Shown in pieces: positions 10,156 to 18,771 of a DNA stretch of 64,000 bases; the stretch's first letter is position 1; each line of letters starts with the position of its first letter. A program made the translations under genes and the position numbers. The stretch lies in the NCBI GenBank assembly GCA_050015075.1, contig JBEKCB010000010.1, forward strand, positions 32,001 to 96,000, written 5' to 3'. Origin of the DNA: Candidatus Brocadiia bacterium (GTDB taxonomy: Bacteria > Planctomycetota > Brocadiia > CAIUPP01). The notes under the pieces were generated by a model. The model was given only the letters and a program-made list of their open reading frames with translations. It had not been told where the DNA came from and ran no database searches.

Positions 10156-11715
10156 TTACTGGGACACGGAAACACTGAACTTCCGCGTTCTAGCATCGAA
10201 CTGAAGGCGCTGCTTGTTCGCCTGAAACCACGCCCGCAACTCTTCGTCGCTGCCGCGCTGATCGGTGTAAGTCAGCATCAGGTCTCGGGGCGAGAGGCGA
10301 TAGTCCTCCGGGATCCAAGGTTTGGAGAGGAAGTCCGCCGCGAATTCCAGCCCTTCGACCATGCCGTAGTCAAGCAACACCACGACCATTCTCGTGCGCC
10401 ACCTATTCCCGGAACGCAGCCATGCTTTTTGAATCAACGCCGGCGGCAGGACAAGGCCCGGGATGCGCTGGATGGCTTCATAAGTAATGCCCGGATCGGT
10501 GCCATAGGCGAAGTACCACTTCAGGTCTTCGTATGTGGCCGGATCGCGCAGGTCGGCGACCGCTTCGAGCCACTCCGCGGGCAGGTAATCCGGATGCTCA
10601 GCGAGGCGTTTAACCAGAATCGGCTTGGCTTCCTGGGTCCACTGACGCAAGCGCACGACCGAGGCAAGATCGTAATCCATCTCAAGCGATCCCAGAATCA
10701 GGGACTTGTCCTCGTCGGTGGCCATCCGTTCGATGCATCGAAGGCATGCCCGCCCGATGTATGGATCGGCCCGATTCAAAAGAAGGAGGTCCAGGTAGTT
10801 GTGGCCGACCGGCTCCAGGTAGGCCGCGATCCACTCCGAATCCGCGGGGTCGTCGGACGCGCGCGCGGCCTCTGCTACCTGCCGCAAGTACATCCGGACC
10901 GCGTCCCGGTCAGCGCCGGAGGGCAACCTGAGTTGTTCTGACTGGCCCGTTTTTTCGTCATGCGCCAAGTCGAGATTCCAAGGCAGCTTGACCCACGGGC
11001 TGTCGGAGTCTGTGCGAAACTTTTCGAGCAGCTTTTTGTATTCCTCTCCTTCGCGCAGAGTTTGTTGCAGCGACCAGAAACGCCGGCCGATGAGATAGTT
11101 GTTTCCAAGGTCTTCCCACGAGTCAAATGTGCTCTGCAAAGCCCGGGCGACAGGCATGATGCGCTCCCAGGCTTCGGCTTCCGACAGGTAGCCGACACAG
11201 TATCCCCAGCGGCATACCGAAACATAGCGGCAGTAGTCCCAACCCAGGATACTTTTCTTGCCCAGCCGCTTGTAATATTGCGCTGCAACCTCCATAGCAG
11301 AGTTCGCCTGCGCATTGTTCTTATTCTTCGCCCTGAGGGTGTTCAGCTCATCAGGAGTCAGCGCGGCGATGGTGGACCCCATCCTCTCAAACCGCGCGCG
11401 GTGTCCCTCTTGTTGGAGCCAGCGCAGCGTGTTAAGGAGGTCCTCGCGGTTCGAGACGCTCCACGATCCTCGGAGGGACATCTTCCACCCGCTGATGTCG
11501 CTTGCAGTCCTCTCGCACCCGGCGAGCAGGTCATGACGTCCATGGTTCCGTTCCGTGAGAAGTGCGCACGTCGCAAGCGCCCAGAGTTTTTGGTCACTGA
11601 GTTTGTGCAGCGAGGCAAGGTCCGCCGATCGCTCATCTTTGTCGGACGGCGTCCCGCCTTGCGCTGCCGCGCCAACAACGACCGCGCAAAAGAACAATGA
11701 GACAAATCGCATCAT
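10156..11715 (-). CDS. Exported DUF1266-like protein with a cluster-specific C-terminal helical domain (partner C)
   Basis: Start moved to MMRFVSLFFCAVVVGAAA (AAGGA RBS). DUF1266-like motifs (ILGWDYCR, GYLSEAEAW, FDSWEDLGNNYLIGRRFW). C-terminal ~260 aa homologous to the proteins at 14615 and 16119. Confidence 0.8.
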   Translation of the reverse strand: MMRFVSLFFCAVVVGAAAQGGTPSDKDERSADLASLHKLSDQKLWALATCALLTERNHGRHDLLAGCERTASDISGWKMSLRGSWSVSNREDLLNTLRWLQQEGHRARFERMGSTIAALTPDELNTLRAKNKNNAQANSAMEVAAQYYKRLGKKSILGWDYCRYVSVCRWGYCVGYLSEAEAWERIMPVARALQSTFDSWEDLGNNYLIGRRFWSLQQTLREGEEYKKLLEKFRTDSDSPWVKLPWNLDLAHDEKTGQSEQLRLPSGADRDAVRMYLRQVAEAARASDDPADSEWIAAYLEPVGHNYLDLLLLNRADPYIGRACLRCIERMATDEDKSLILGSLEMDYDLASVVRLRQWTQEAKPILVKRLAEHPDYLPAEWLEAVADLRDPATYEDLKWYFAYGTDPGITYEAIQRIPGLVLPPALIQKAWLRSGNRWRTRMVVVLLDYGMVEGLEFAADFLSKPWIPEDYRLSPRDLMLTYTDQRGSDEELRAWFQANKQRLQFDARTRKFSVSVSQ

Positions 11716-11773
11716 GGCGTCATCCTTTTTAGGCGCGCAAGTCCGCAACAACGCCTCAGACCGATACTTCCAA

Positions 11774-14590
11774 TCATCTATAGTCTCCGTACAACACAAA
11801 CGCTCCCCAGTAATAAGGGTTCTCATACCTCTTCATCATCACCAGTTGCGCCTGCTGCAATGCCTCGGCGCGGCCCATGGTTTTCAGGTTCTTGTAGAAT
11901 TCGGCCATCAGTTCGCTGGTCGCGCGGTCATCGAGCTTCCAGAGGCTGACCACGACCGACGGCGCGCCGGCGAGGAGCCACGCGCGGCTCATGCCGACGA
12001 GCTCGACCCAGCCGGTGGACATGCCGCCGGATCCGCTTTCGCACGCGCTGAGCACCACCAGGCCTGCCTTCACCGGATAGCTGCAGATCTCGCTGGCGGT
12101 CAGCCTGCCGTCGCTTTGATCGTCGGGCGCCAAAGCCAGCGCGGATTTCATCGGGTAATCCGCGTTCAGCAATCCGTGACAGGCGAAATGCAGGACGTCG
12201 GCCGTGGTCAGCGCCTGCTTGACCGCCGTCGCGGTGGCTTGCGCGCCGAGGAGCACGTTCGCCTTCGGGAAGACTTCGCGGATCGCGGCGGCTTCCATTT
12301 CGGCGAACTTGAGCGATGAGTTCGGGTTGGGCAGCGCGGGGTTGGCGATGACGGTGACTTCGCCGCCGACCCGGCGGTTCCGGGCCAGAGCATAGCGCAG
12401 GACGCCGAAGCTGGGGACGTAACTGACGCTGTGCTCCTCGAGCAGCAGCTTGCCGGCCGGGTCGCGCAGCAGGTGCATCGGCACTTGGACGAGCAGCCCG
12501 CCGGGAATGATGATCAGATGCTTGCGCGACTTGATGTCGTCGGCGACCGGCTTGAGGAGCAGTTCGTAGAGCGCGTCGTTGGCCTTGCGCAGTTCGGCGG
12601 GATCGGGCCCGGGCGCAGGCGTCTGGATGGCTTTGACGTAGAGTTGCACGATGGGCTCGATACCCGGCTTTGTGTCACCCGCATCCGGGAGGAAGAGCCC
12701 GCGGCAAGGGTAAACCTTGCATTCCGTGTCGGTCACAAAGGCAATGAAGCCTTCATCCACGAAGCGCACCCACGGGACGAAATACAGGAGGACCGCCGCG
12801 TCGGCAGGCAGCAGCGCCTGCATCTGCTTCACCGTCATGTGCGGCGGGATCTTCGCGCCGGTGACCTCGAGTTCGTCGGCCGCGACGTCGGCGCTGACCT
12901 GTTGAAGGGCGGTGGCCTGGACCTGAAGGTCCCGCTGGACGGATTCGACGGCGGCGGCATCGGAAGTCTGCCGCGCCAGGGCCAATTGGCGAGTGAGCGC
13001 GGCCACGTGCGATTGCGCCGCCGACTGGGCGTCCTTGCGCTGCGCCAGGGAGGCGGCCTTGCTCTCTTCGAATTTGGCGCCGAGGATCATGCCGAGGGTG
13101 CGGTTCAGCAGGCGCTCGGCGATCTCAACGGCCTCGTCCTGCTTCCCGAGGTGCATACAGGCCGTAATGGCATAGTCATATGCCCCGCGCTGGTTAGCGC
13201 CGACGACCTCGCGCTGGAGCCGTTCATTGGGCGCACGCAGCGTCATTTGCTCGAAACCGTCTATGCTGGGCTTCTCGTGGTCATAGATGTACTGCCAGTC
13301 ACCGCGCTGGACGCGAACGACGATGTGCGGTTGGATGCCGGCCTTTCGGGCCCATTCTTCGGACTCATCCAGCTTGCCCATAAAGGCGAGACGCTGCGCA
13401 ATCATGAACATCGAGTCGTGGGTGCGGTCGGTCCAATGATTTTTCTGCGCCAGCGCGAAGGCCTTTTCGTAATATTCGACGGACGTATCGCCTCCGACCC
13501 CGAGAAAGCCCATTTGGATAAAAGCGCGGAAGCGCAGGTTGTCATTGTTCAATTCTTCGGCAATGGCCCCGGCGCGCGCCGCCAGTTCACGGCGGTTGTA
13601 CTGGCGGAGCCTCTCGATGTTCGCCGGATCGGGATTTTCGAGGAGGTTATCCCAGACAAAAGCCGCCTGCGTGTGGAGCACCCAGAACAGACACTCGCGG
13701 TCCCCGGACTTCTCGACGATCTGGATCGCTTTAACACCGAAATCCTCCGCCTCTTTCCACTTCTTGACCCCGCACAAAATGAAGTGGTGCATGCGAACGA
13801 CGTCGGGGTCTTCGGGCGCATTGGCCAGGAGCACCTCCGAGGCCGGCAGGGCTTTGGCGAAGTCCATCCACTTGTGGTGATTCTCCCAATCATCAGCCCG
13901 GTGACCGTTCGCCGTGCCTGGCAGATTGTTAAATGGGCTCCAGTTGCGCTCGGCCTCCGCTTCAAGGACTTTAAGGACTTTCCTGGCCGCGGCCACGCTG
14001 GGTTCGGCGGCGGCTTTCGCCAATGTGTCTGCTTTTTCCTCTTCACCTTTGGCGAGGGACTCTATCGCCGGCAGGTTATCCGCCAACTGCTGCTTCTCGG
14101 GGCAGTCCGGGTAGGCCTCCAGCGCCGCGCGGACCAGCTTGCCGGCTTCCACCACTTCCGCCGGCCGTCCCTGGCCGAGATCAGCGTAGGCCTGCCATTG
14201 CAGGCATGCGCCGCGCACCCAGGTGCGCACCCACTCGGGCCGGCCGGGCTCTGCGGCGGCCGCAGCGCCCTTGCCCAGGATGTCGTGGCTCGCGGACAGG
14301 TCGTTCGATTCGAACAGGAGGTATCCATACATGAGGAGCACCGTCGGGTCTTTGGCGCCGCCCTCGATGAGCGGCTTCAATTCCGCCAGCGCTTCGTCAC
14401 GATTCTTCCTGAGCGCGAGCGCAGCCTTGTAAACGGCTGCATCAACCTTGAGGTCCGGCTCGCCGTAGGCGGAGTAGAGACTGTACCAACTGAATTGGGA
14501 CCAGAGGGTGATCCGGTACCCTTGGTCAGCACTCGCGGCCACGCTCGTCATTCCGAGCGCCAGTGCGAGTGCAATCATTTTGAAGCGCAT
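11774..14590 (-). CDS. Exported TPR + CHAT (caspase-like) protease, CHAT2
   Basis: Signal peptide MRFKMIALALALGMTSVAASA; DVLHFACHG and LVVLSACESG; terminal YENPYYWGAFVLYGDYR identical to CHAT1. Confidence 0.92.
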   Translation of the reverse strand: MRFKMIALALALGMTSVAASADQGYRITLWSQFSWYSLYSAYGEPDLKVDAAVYKAALALRKNRDEALAELKPLIEGGAKDPTVLLMYGYLLFESNDLSASHDILGKGAAAAAEPGRPEWVRTWVRGACLQWQAYADLGQGRPAEVVEAGKLVRAALEAYPDCPEKQQLADNLPAIESLAKGEEEKADTLAKAAAEPSVAAARKVLKVLEAEAERNWSPFNNLPGTANGHRADDWENHHKWMDFAKALPASEVLLANAPEDPDVVRMHHFILCGVKKWKEAEDFGVKAIQIVEKSGDRECLFWVLHTQAAFVWDNLLENPDPANIERLRQYNRRELAARAGAIAEELNNDNLRFRAFIQMGFLGVGGDTSVEYYEKAFALAQKNHWTDRTHDSMFMIAQRLAFMGKLDESEEWARKAGIQPHIVVRVQRGDWQYIYDHEKPSIDGFEQMTLRAPNERLQREVVGANQRGAYDYAITACMHLGKQDEAVEIAERLLNRTLGMILGAKFEESKAASLAQRKDAQSAAQSHVAALTRQLALARQTSDAAAVESVQRDLQVQATALQQVSADVAADELEVTGAKIPPHMTVKQMQALLPADAAVLLYFVPWVRFVDEGFIAFVTDTECKVYPCRGLFLPDAGDTKPGIEPIVQLYVKAIQTPAPGPDPAELRKANDALYELLLKPVADDIKSRKHLIIIPGGLLVQVPMHLLRDPAGKLLLEEHSVSYVPSFGVLRYALARNRRVGGEVTVIANPALPNPNSSLKFAEMEAAAIREVFPKANVLLGAQATATAVKQALTTADVLHFACHGLLNADYPMKSALALAPDDQSDGRLTASEICSYPVKAGLVVLSACESGSGGMSTGWVELVGMSRAWLLAGAPSVVVSLWKLDDRATSELMAEFYKNLKTMGRAEALQQAQLVMMKRYENPYYWGAFVLYGDYR

Positions 14591-14614
14591 GGGCGGAGTC
14601 CTTTCTGCGGTTTC

Positions 14615-16000
14615 TTACGGTGCCGGCACGAACCTTCGCCGGTTCTCGTCGAACGCAAGTTTCCCTTTATTGGCTTCAAACCATGCGTGGATATCCTTGT
14701 CCGACCCGCGCAGGCCCGTCCGTTCGCGTATTGCCTTGCCCAACTTTTCACTGTACCAATCATTTGTGGCCGGCGAATCAAATCTCGCCACAGCGAATTC
14801 CAGTGCATCCATGAAGCCGTAATCCATGGCCGCCGCGGCCACCTGGCACCGGAACTCTGCTTTGATGCCGGTCCACGACTTCGAGGCAGTCCACACGCGT
14901 GCGACAGCGTCCTTTAACTGAATGCCGGGCAGATTCTTGATGTCGTCGTAAATATTGAGGCCGTTCTGGTTGTTCTCAAAATGCCAGACGAGGTCATCAT
15001 AGGCGGCAGGATCGCGCAGTGCGGCGGCAGCGTGCAGGACCCCCACGTCCGTGTACGGCGAGCGCTCCGCGATGCGCTCCAGGAGGAATGGGCGCATCTC
15101 CTGAATCCATCCCAGGCGCTGCATGGGATCGGCAAGGAATTCCCGGAGGGGCAACCATTTCAGCAGCAACGCCTTGTGCTCGGGCCGCACCAGGCTCTTC
15201 ACGGCCGCCTCCACGTCATTGTGAGTTATCAATATCTGCAGGCCGGAGGTCACGTTGGTGCCCCAGATTTCAAGGAGCACGTCGAGGTTCTCCGGCCCCA
15301 CCTTTTCCAGCATAGCGATTTCCGGGTCGTTCCATGCGGGGGCGGGTCTCTTAACGGCCTGCAAAAGGACCTGACGGGCGTAGGCGCGCGCCTGTTCCTT
15401 GGTCGGATGGGAGGGCAAGGTGAGCGCGGCCAGGTGACTGCTTTGTTCCTGTTGGACCGCGAGTTGCTTTTTGGCCTGCTGCAGACCGGACTCGGCCTCC
15501 TTGCGGATCTGTTCGTCAACCTCGGGCGCGCGGATGGAGAGCGCCAGTTCGAAGGACTCAACAGCCTCTTTATATTTGCCGCGTGACTGGTAATTCCATC
15601 CCTGCAAATTCTCGCAGTAAAAGCGAATGAAGTCCAGTTCCGGTTTTCCCGCGGAACGCGCGAGCGCCAATTTGAAACGTTCGACGTTGGTGCCGTAGTT
15701 GTTGCCGGTCAGGGCTAGGTTCCGGGCGTCAATGAAGAGCGTGACGGGGGAGCGGCAGCCCGCCGCGTACGCCTTCTCCAGCGCCTCCACCGAAAGGGCC
15801 AACTGCGCCGAGTCTGTGCGGCCGGTCTTTGGGTCGTACGCCTTCGCCCAGTGGTCAATCCCCTCGCGGACAAGGGCGTCCCACTTCGGGTCCGTATCGC
15901 CGAGTTTCTGATACTTCTCATACCACCAATTTGCATCTTGGCCGAAAGCCGTCGCCGAGAGCAGAAATACCAGCATCGAGAATGCGAAACGGAGTTTCAT
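14615..16000 (-). CDS. Exported TPR protein with cluster-specific N- and C-terminal domains (partner B)
   Basis: Signal peptide ending AFG; DPKWD motif; TPR (GKYKEAVESFELALSI); paralog of 16119-17549. Confidence 0.8.
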   Translation of the reverse strand: MKLRFAFSMLVFLLSATAFGQDANWWYEKYQKLGDTDPKWDALVREGIDHWAKAYDPKTGRTDSAQLALSVEALEKAYAAGCRSPVTLFIDARNLALTGNNYGTNVERFKLALARSAGKPELDFIRFYCENLQGWNYQSRGKYKEAVESFELALSIRAPEVDEQIRKEAESGLQQAKKQLAVQQEQSSHLAALTLPSHPTKEQARAYARQVLLQAVKRPAPAWNDPEIAMLEKVGPENLDVLLEIWGTNVTSGLQILITHNDVEAAVKSLVRPEHKALLLKWLPLREFLADPMQRLGWIQEMRPFLLERIAERSPYTDVGVLHAAAALRDPAAYDDLVWHFENNQNGLNIYDDIKNLPGIQLKDAVARVWTASKSWTGIKAEFRCQVAAAAMDYGFMDALEFAVARFDSPATNDWYSEKLGKAIRERTGLRGSDKDIHAWFEANKGKLAFDENRRRFVPAP

Positions 16001-16104
16001 GTCAATCCCTCATTTGTCATCACCGGCTTCAACTCCGCCAGCGCCGCGCCACGGACCTTCCTGAGGCCGAGCGCCAGTACGAGGGCGATCATTTTGAAGC
16101 ACAT
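15997..16104 (-). pseudogene. 35-codon internally deleted relic of a CHAT2-like gene
   Basis: Translates MCFKMIALVLALGLRKVRGAALAELKPVMTNEGLT*, matching CHAT2 MRFKMIALALALG...LRKNRDEALAELKPLI. Has the same AAGGAC RBS context. Its stop overlaps the partner B ATG (ATGA). Confidence 0.75.
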
Positions 16105-16118
16105 GGGTGAAGTCCTTT

Positions 16119-17549
16119 TTACGGAGTTGGCACGAACATTCGCCTGTTCTCGTCGAACACGAGTTTGCCTTTATTGGCTTGAAACCATGTGCGGATATCG
16201 TCGTCCGATCCACGCTGGCCGGTCCGTTCGCGTATCGCCAGGCGCAATTGGTCATTGTTCCATTTGCCCAACTCCGGCGAACCCAATTTCGCGACGGCAA
16301 ATTCCATGGCTTCCGTCACGCCGTAATCCATGGCCGCACGTGCCATCGAGTACCGGCGGGGTGCCCTCCAGTCGGTCCATGACTTCGATGCCGCCCACAT
16401 ACGCACCACTGCGTCCTTCAACTGAATGCCGGGCAGATTCTTGATGTCGTCATAAATATTGGCGCCGTTCTGGTTGTTCTCAAAATGCCAGACGAGGTCA
16501 TCATTGGTGGCAGGATCGCGCAGTGCCGCGGCGGCCTGCAGGACTTCCACACACGTGTACTGTGAGCGCTCCGCGATGCGCGCCAGGAGAAATGGGCGCA
16601 TGTCCTGGCCCCATCCTTTGCGCTGCATGATCTCGACAAGGTCTTCCCGGAGTGGCAGCCATTTCAGCAGCACCGCCTTGTTCTCGGGCCGTACAAGGCC
16701 GTCCACAGCAATCTTCACAAAGTTGTCAACCCTCACGCTCTGCAGTCCTCCGGTGGTCCCCCAGATTTCGAGGAGCACGTCAAGGTTCTCCGGCCCCACT
16801 TTTTCCAGCATGGCGATTTCAGGGTAGACCAGGTCAAGGCGCTCCCGCGCCACTTTGTCCAGCATTGCGATTTGCCCAGGGCTGCTTCCGCCTTGCTTCC
16901 TGCCGATCAGGAGAAGAACCCCGCGGACGTATGCGCACGCCTGTTCCTTGGTCGGATGGGGCGGCAAAGTGAGAGCAGCCAGTTGGCGGCTTTGCTCCTC
17001 GTCGGCCGCCACTTTCTCCCTGGCCTGCTGCAGACCGGCCCTGGCTTCTTTGAGAATATCCTCCTCGACATCGGGCGAGCTGAGCGACAGCGCCATCTCG
17101 AAGTACGGGATAGCCTCCTTGTACTGGCCCCCGCGCGCGTATCGCCATGCCAGGGCATTTGCGCAAGAGATGCGAACGAAGATGAGATCCGGCTTGTTCT
17201 CGGTCCGCTTGAGCGACTCGTCAAAGCGAACAAACACCGTCGTGCCATCGTTGTTGACCTGAGCGAGGTTCCGCGCGTCAATGAAAAGCGCGATGGGGCA
17301 GCGGCAACCGGCCGCGTAGGCCTTCTCCAACGCCTTCACCGAAAGCGCAAGTTCCGCCTGCGGGTTGCCGCCCGTCGTCGCATTTCCAGCCGCCTCCCAA
17401 TGGTCAATCCCCTCGCGCACGAGCGCATCCCACTTCGGGTCCGTCTGGCCGAATTTCTGGTACTTGTCATACCACCAATTCGCGTCATAGCCGAAGGCCC
17501 GCGCCGAGAGAAGAAAGACCAGCGTCATGAACACGGGGCGCAGTCTCAT
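16119..17549 (-). CDS. Exported TPR protein with cluster-specific N- and C-terminal domains (partner A)
   Basis: Start moved to MRLRPVFMTLVFLLSARAFG (ATGA overlap with the upstream stop at 17546). Long identical stretches with partner B (EIAMLEKVGPENLDVLLEIWGT, IYDDIKNLPGIQLKDAV). Confidence 0.8.
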   Translation of the reverse strand: MRLRPVFMTLVFLLSARAFGYDANWWYDKYQKFGQTDPKWDALVREGIDHWEAAGNATTGGNPQAELALSVKALEKAYAAGCRCPIALFIDARNLAQVNNDGTTVFVRFDESLKRTENKPDLIFVRISCANALAWRYARGGQYKEAIPYFEMALSLSSPDVEEDILKEARAGLQQAREKVAADEEQSRQLAALTLPPHPTKEQACAYVRGVLLLIGRKQGGSSPGQIAMLDKVARERLDLVYPEIAMLEKVGPENLDVLLEIWGTTGGLQSVRVDNFVKIAVDGLVRPENKAVLLKWLPLREDLVEIMQRKGWGQDMRPFLLARIAERSQYTCVEVLQAAAALRDPATNDDLVWHFENNQNGANIYDDIKNLPGIQLKDAVVRMWAASKSWTDWRAPRRYSMARAAMDYGVTEAMEFAVAKLGSPELGKWNNDQLRLAIRERTGQRGSDDDIRTWFQANKGKLVFDENRRMFVPTP

Positions 17550-18412
17550 CTCAAGCCCTCCGATTCCAGAAAGCGGTTCAGGGTCTTGCGGAACCTGAAT
17601 CGGTCCACGAACCGCCCCAGGCCGGCGAAGCCGATTGTGGCAGCCCCAACAGCGTGCGTCGGCAGTCTCTGCTTCACGCAGAAAAACCAAGCGTATGCAA
17701 GCCCGAACCCAACGAGGGGCACCGTCAAGTCCGAGGCCAGGCTGGACATGCTTGGGATCATCCGGAGCAATCTGCCGGCGAGATCTTTATTTGCAGCCAC
17801 GGCATCTTCGTCGCCGGGGCATTGCCGCTCAATCTCCGAGAAGAATTCCTTGACCTCCCGGGCCTCTTTCTGCGCCGCTTCCTGGTCTTCCGCCGTGCAA
17901 AGCAATAGGGGGCCGATGTCGGTAGTGACGATCACGCCCCAATATCGGAGCGGGCCGAAGAAGTCGAATCCAAGGCCGAGGTTTATCTCGCGCACGTCCG
18001 GCAATTTCGAGGGCAACTGGAAGTCCGCGTGGTAATCTTTGCCTGAACTCAGGTAGTGGACAGCCCCGCCCGGTGACTGCCGGTCAAGGGTGACTTCGTA
18101 AGCTACGGTGTTCGTGCGCCGGCCGATCAGGAGCGCGCCGGCCGGGCCGAGGAAGAGCAGCGCCATGACAACATCGCTCCCATTGAGCGATAACAAGAAG
18201 AAACCGATCATCGCCAGTGAGACCAGAAGTTCGATATTAAGGAAGTAGAGGCCCGGCGCCGGAGGCAGGCCCAGGCCGTAAAGCCGGCGGCGGCTCATCG
18301 CCGAAAGCCGGCGCAGGCGCAGACCCAATTTGCCGTCAGCGCCGATGCCGCGCGGCATGTACCACCCCGCATCGCTCCCGTGAACCCACTTATACCACCA
18401 TCCCGGTTTCAT
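17546..18412 (-). CDS. Hypothetical membrane protein (~4 TM)
   Basis: Two N-terminal and two C-terminal hydrophobic segments. The C-terminal part is similar to 18448-18771. Confidence 0.65.
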   Translation of the reverse strand: MKPGWWYKWVHGSDAGWYMPRGIGADGKLGLRLRRLSAMSRRRLYGLGLPPAPGLYFLNIELLVSLAMIGFFLLSLNGSDVVMALLFLGPAGALLIGRRTNTVAYEVTLDRQSPGGAVHYLSSGKDYHADFQLPSKLPDVREINLGLGFDFFGPLRYWGVIVTTDIGPLLLCTAEDQEAAQKEAREVKEFFSEIERQCPGDEDAVAANKDLAGRLLRMIPSMSSLASDLTVPLVGFGLAYAWFFCVKQRLPTHAVGAATIGFAGLGRFVDRFRFRKTLNRFLESEGLR

Positions 18413-18447
18413 GATGGCGCGAGCCTTATTATCCCGGCGCTCTCAGA

Positions 18448-18771
18448 CTACGGTTCCGTCGTGTACATGTCGCTCCCGACGCTATCGCGCAAGAGCTGTT
18501 TGAGACGTGAGCGCAACAGCAGATGGTCTCCGAATCTGTTGAGTCCGGTCCACCCTACAAGCAGTGGAATGATGGCAAAACTAGGCACACGGACCCGGTC
18601 CGCCGAGTTGCACGCGATGAGTAGAAAAAGGCCGTTGCCGAGGCAGGCCACTAACGAGTCAAGAATGAGGTCCCATCCGCTCGGCTTCATCCGGCGTAAC
18701 CGCTCGACGATGACTGAAATATCTGCTTGCACCGCACTACGGGCTTGCTTGGCGTTATCACTCTCCGTCAT
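18448..18771 (-). CDS. Small 2-TM hypothetical protein
   Basis: ATGA overlap with the DUF4384 gene. Similar to the C-terminus of 17546-18412. Confidence 0.65.
   Translation of the reverse strand: MTESDNAKQARSAVQADISVIVERLRRMKPSGWDLILDSLVACLGNGLFLLIACNSADRVRVPSFAIIPLLVGWTGLNRFGDHLLLRSRLKQLLRDSVGSDMYTTEP

Noticed and set aside
11716-11826. N-terminal extensions in the ORF track (11826, 17690, 24731, 26730, 28378, 30293, 51808 and others)
   Set aside because: They overlap neighbouring genes or promoters. Downstream starts have an RBS and place signal peptides at the N-terminus.
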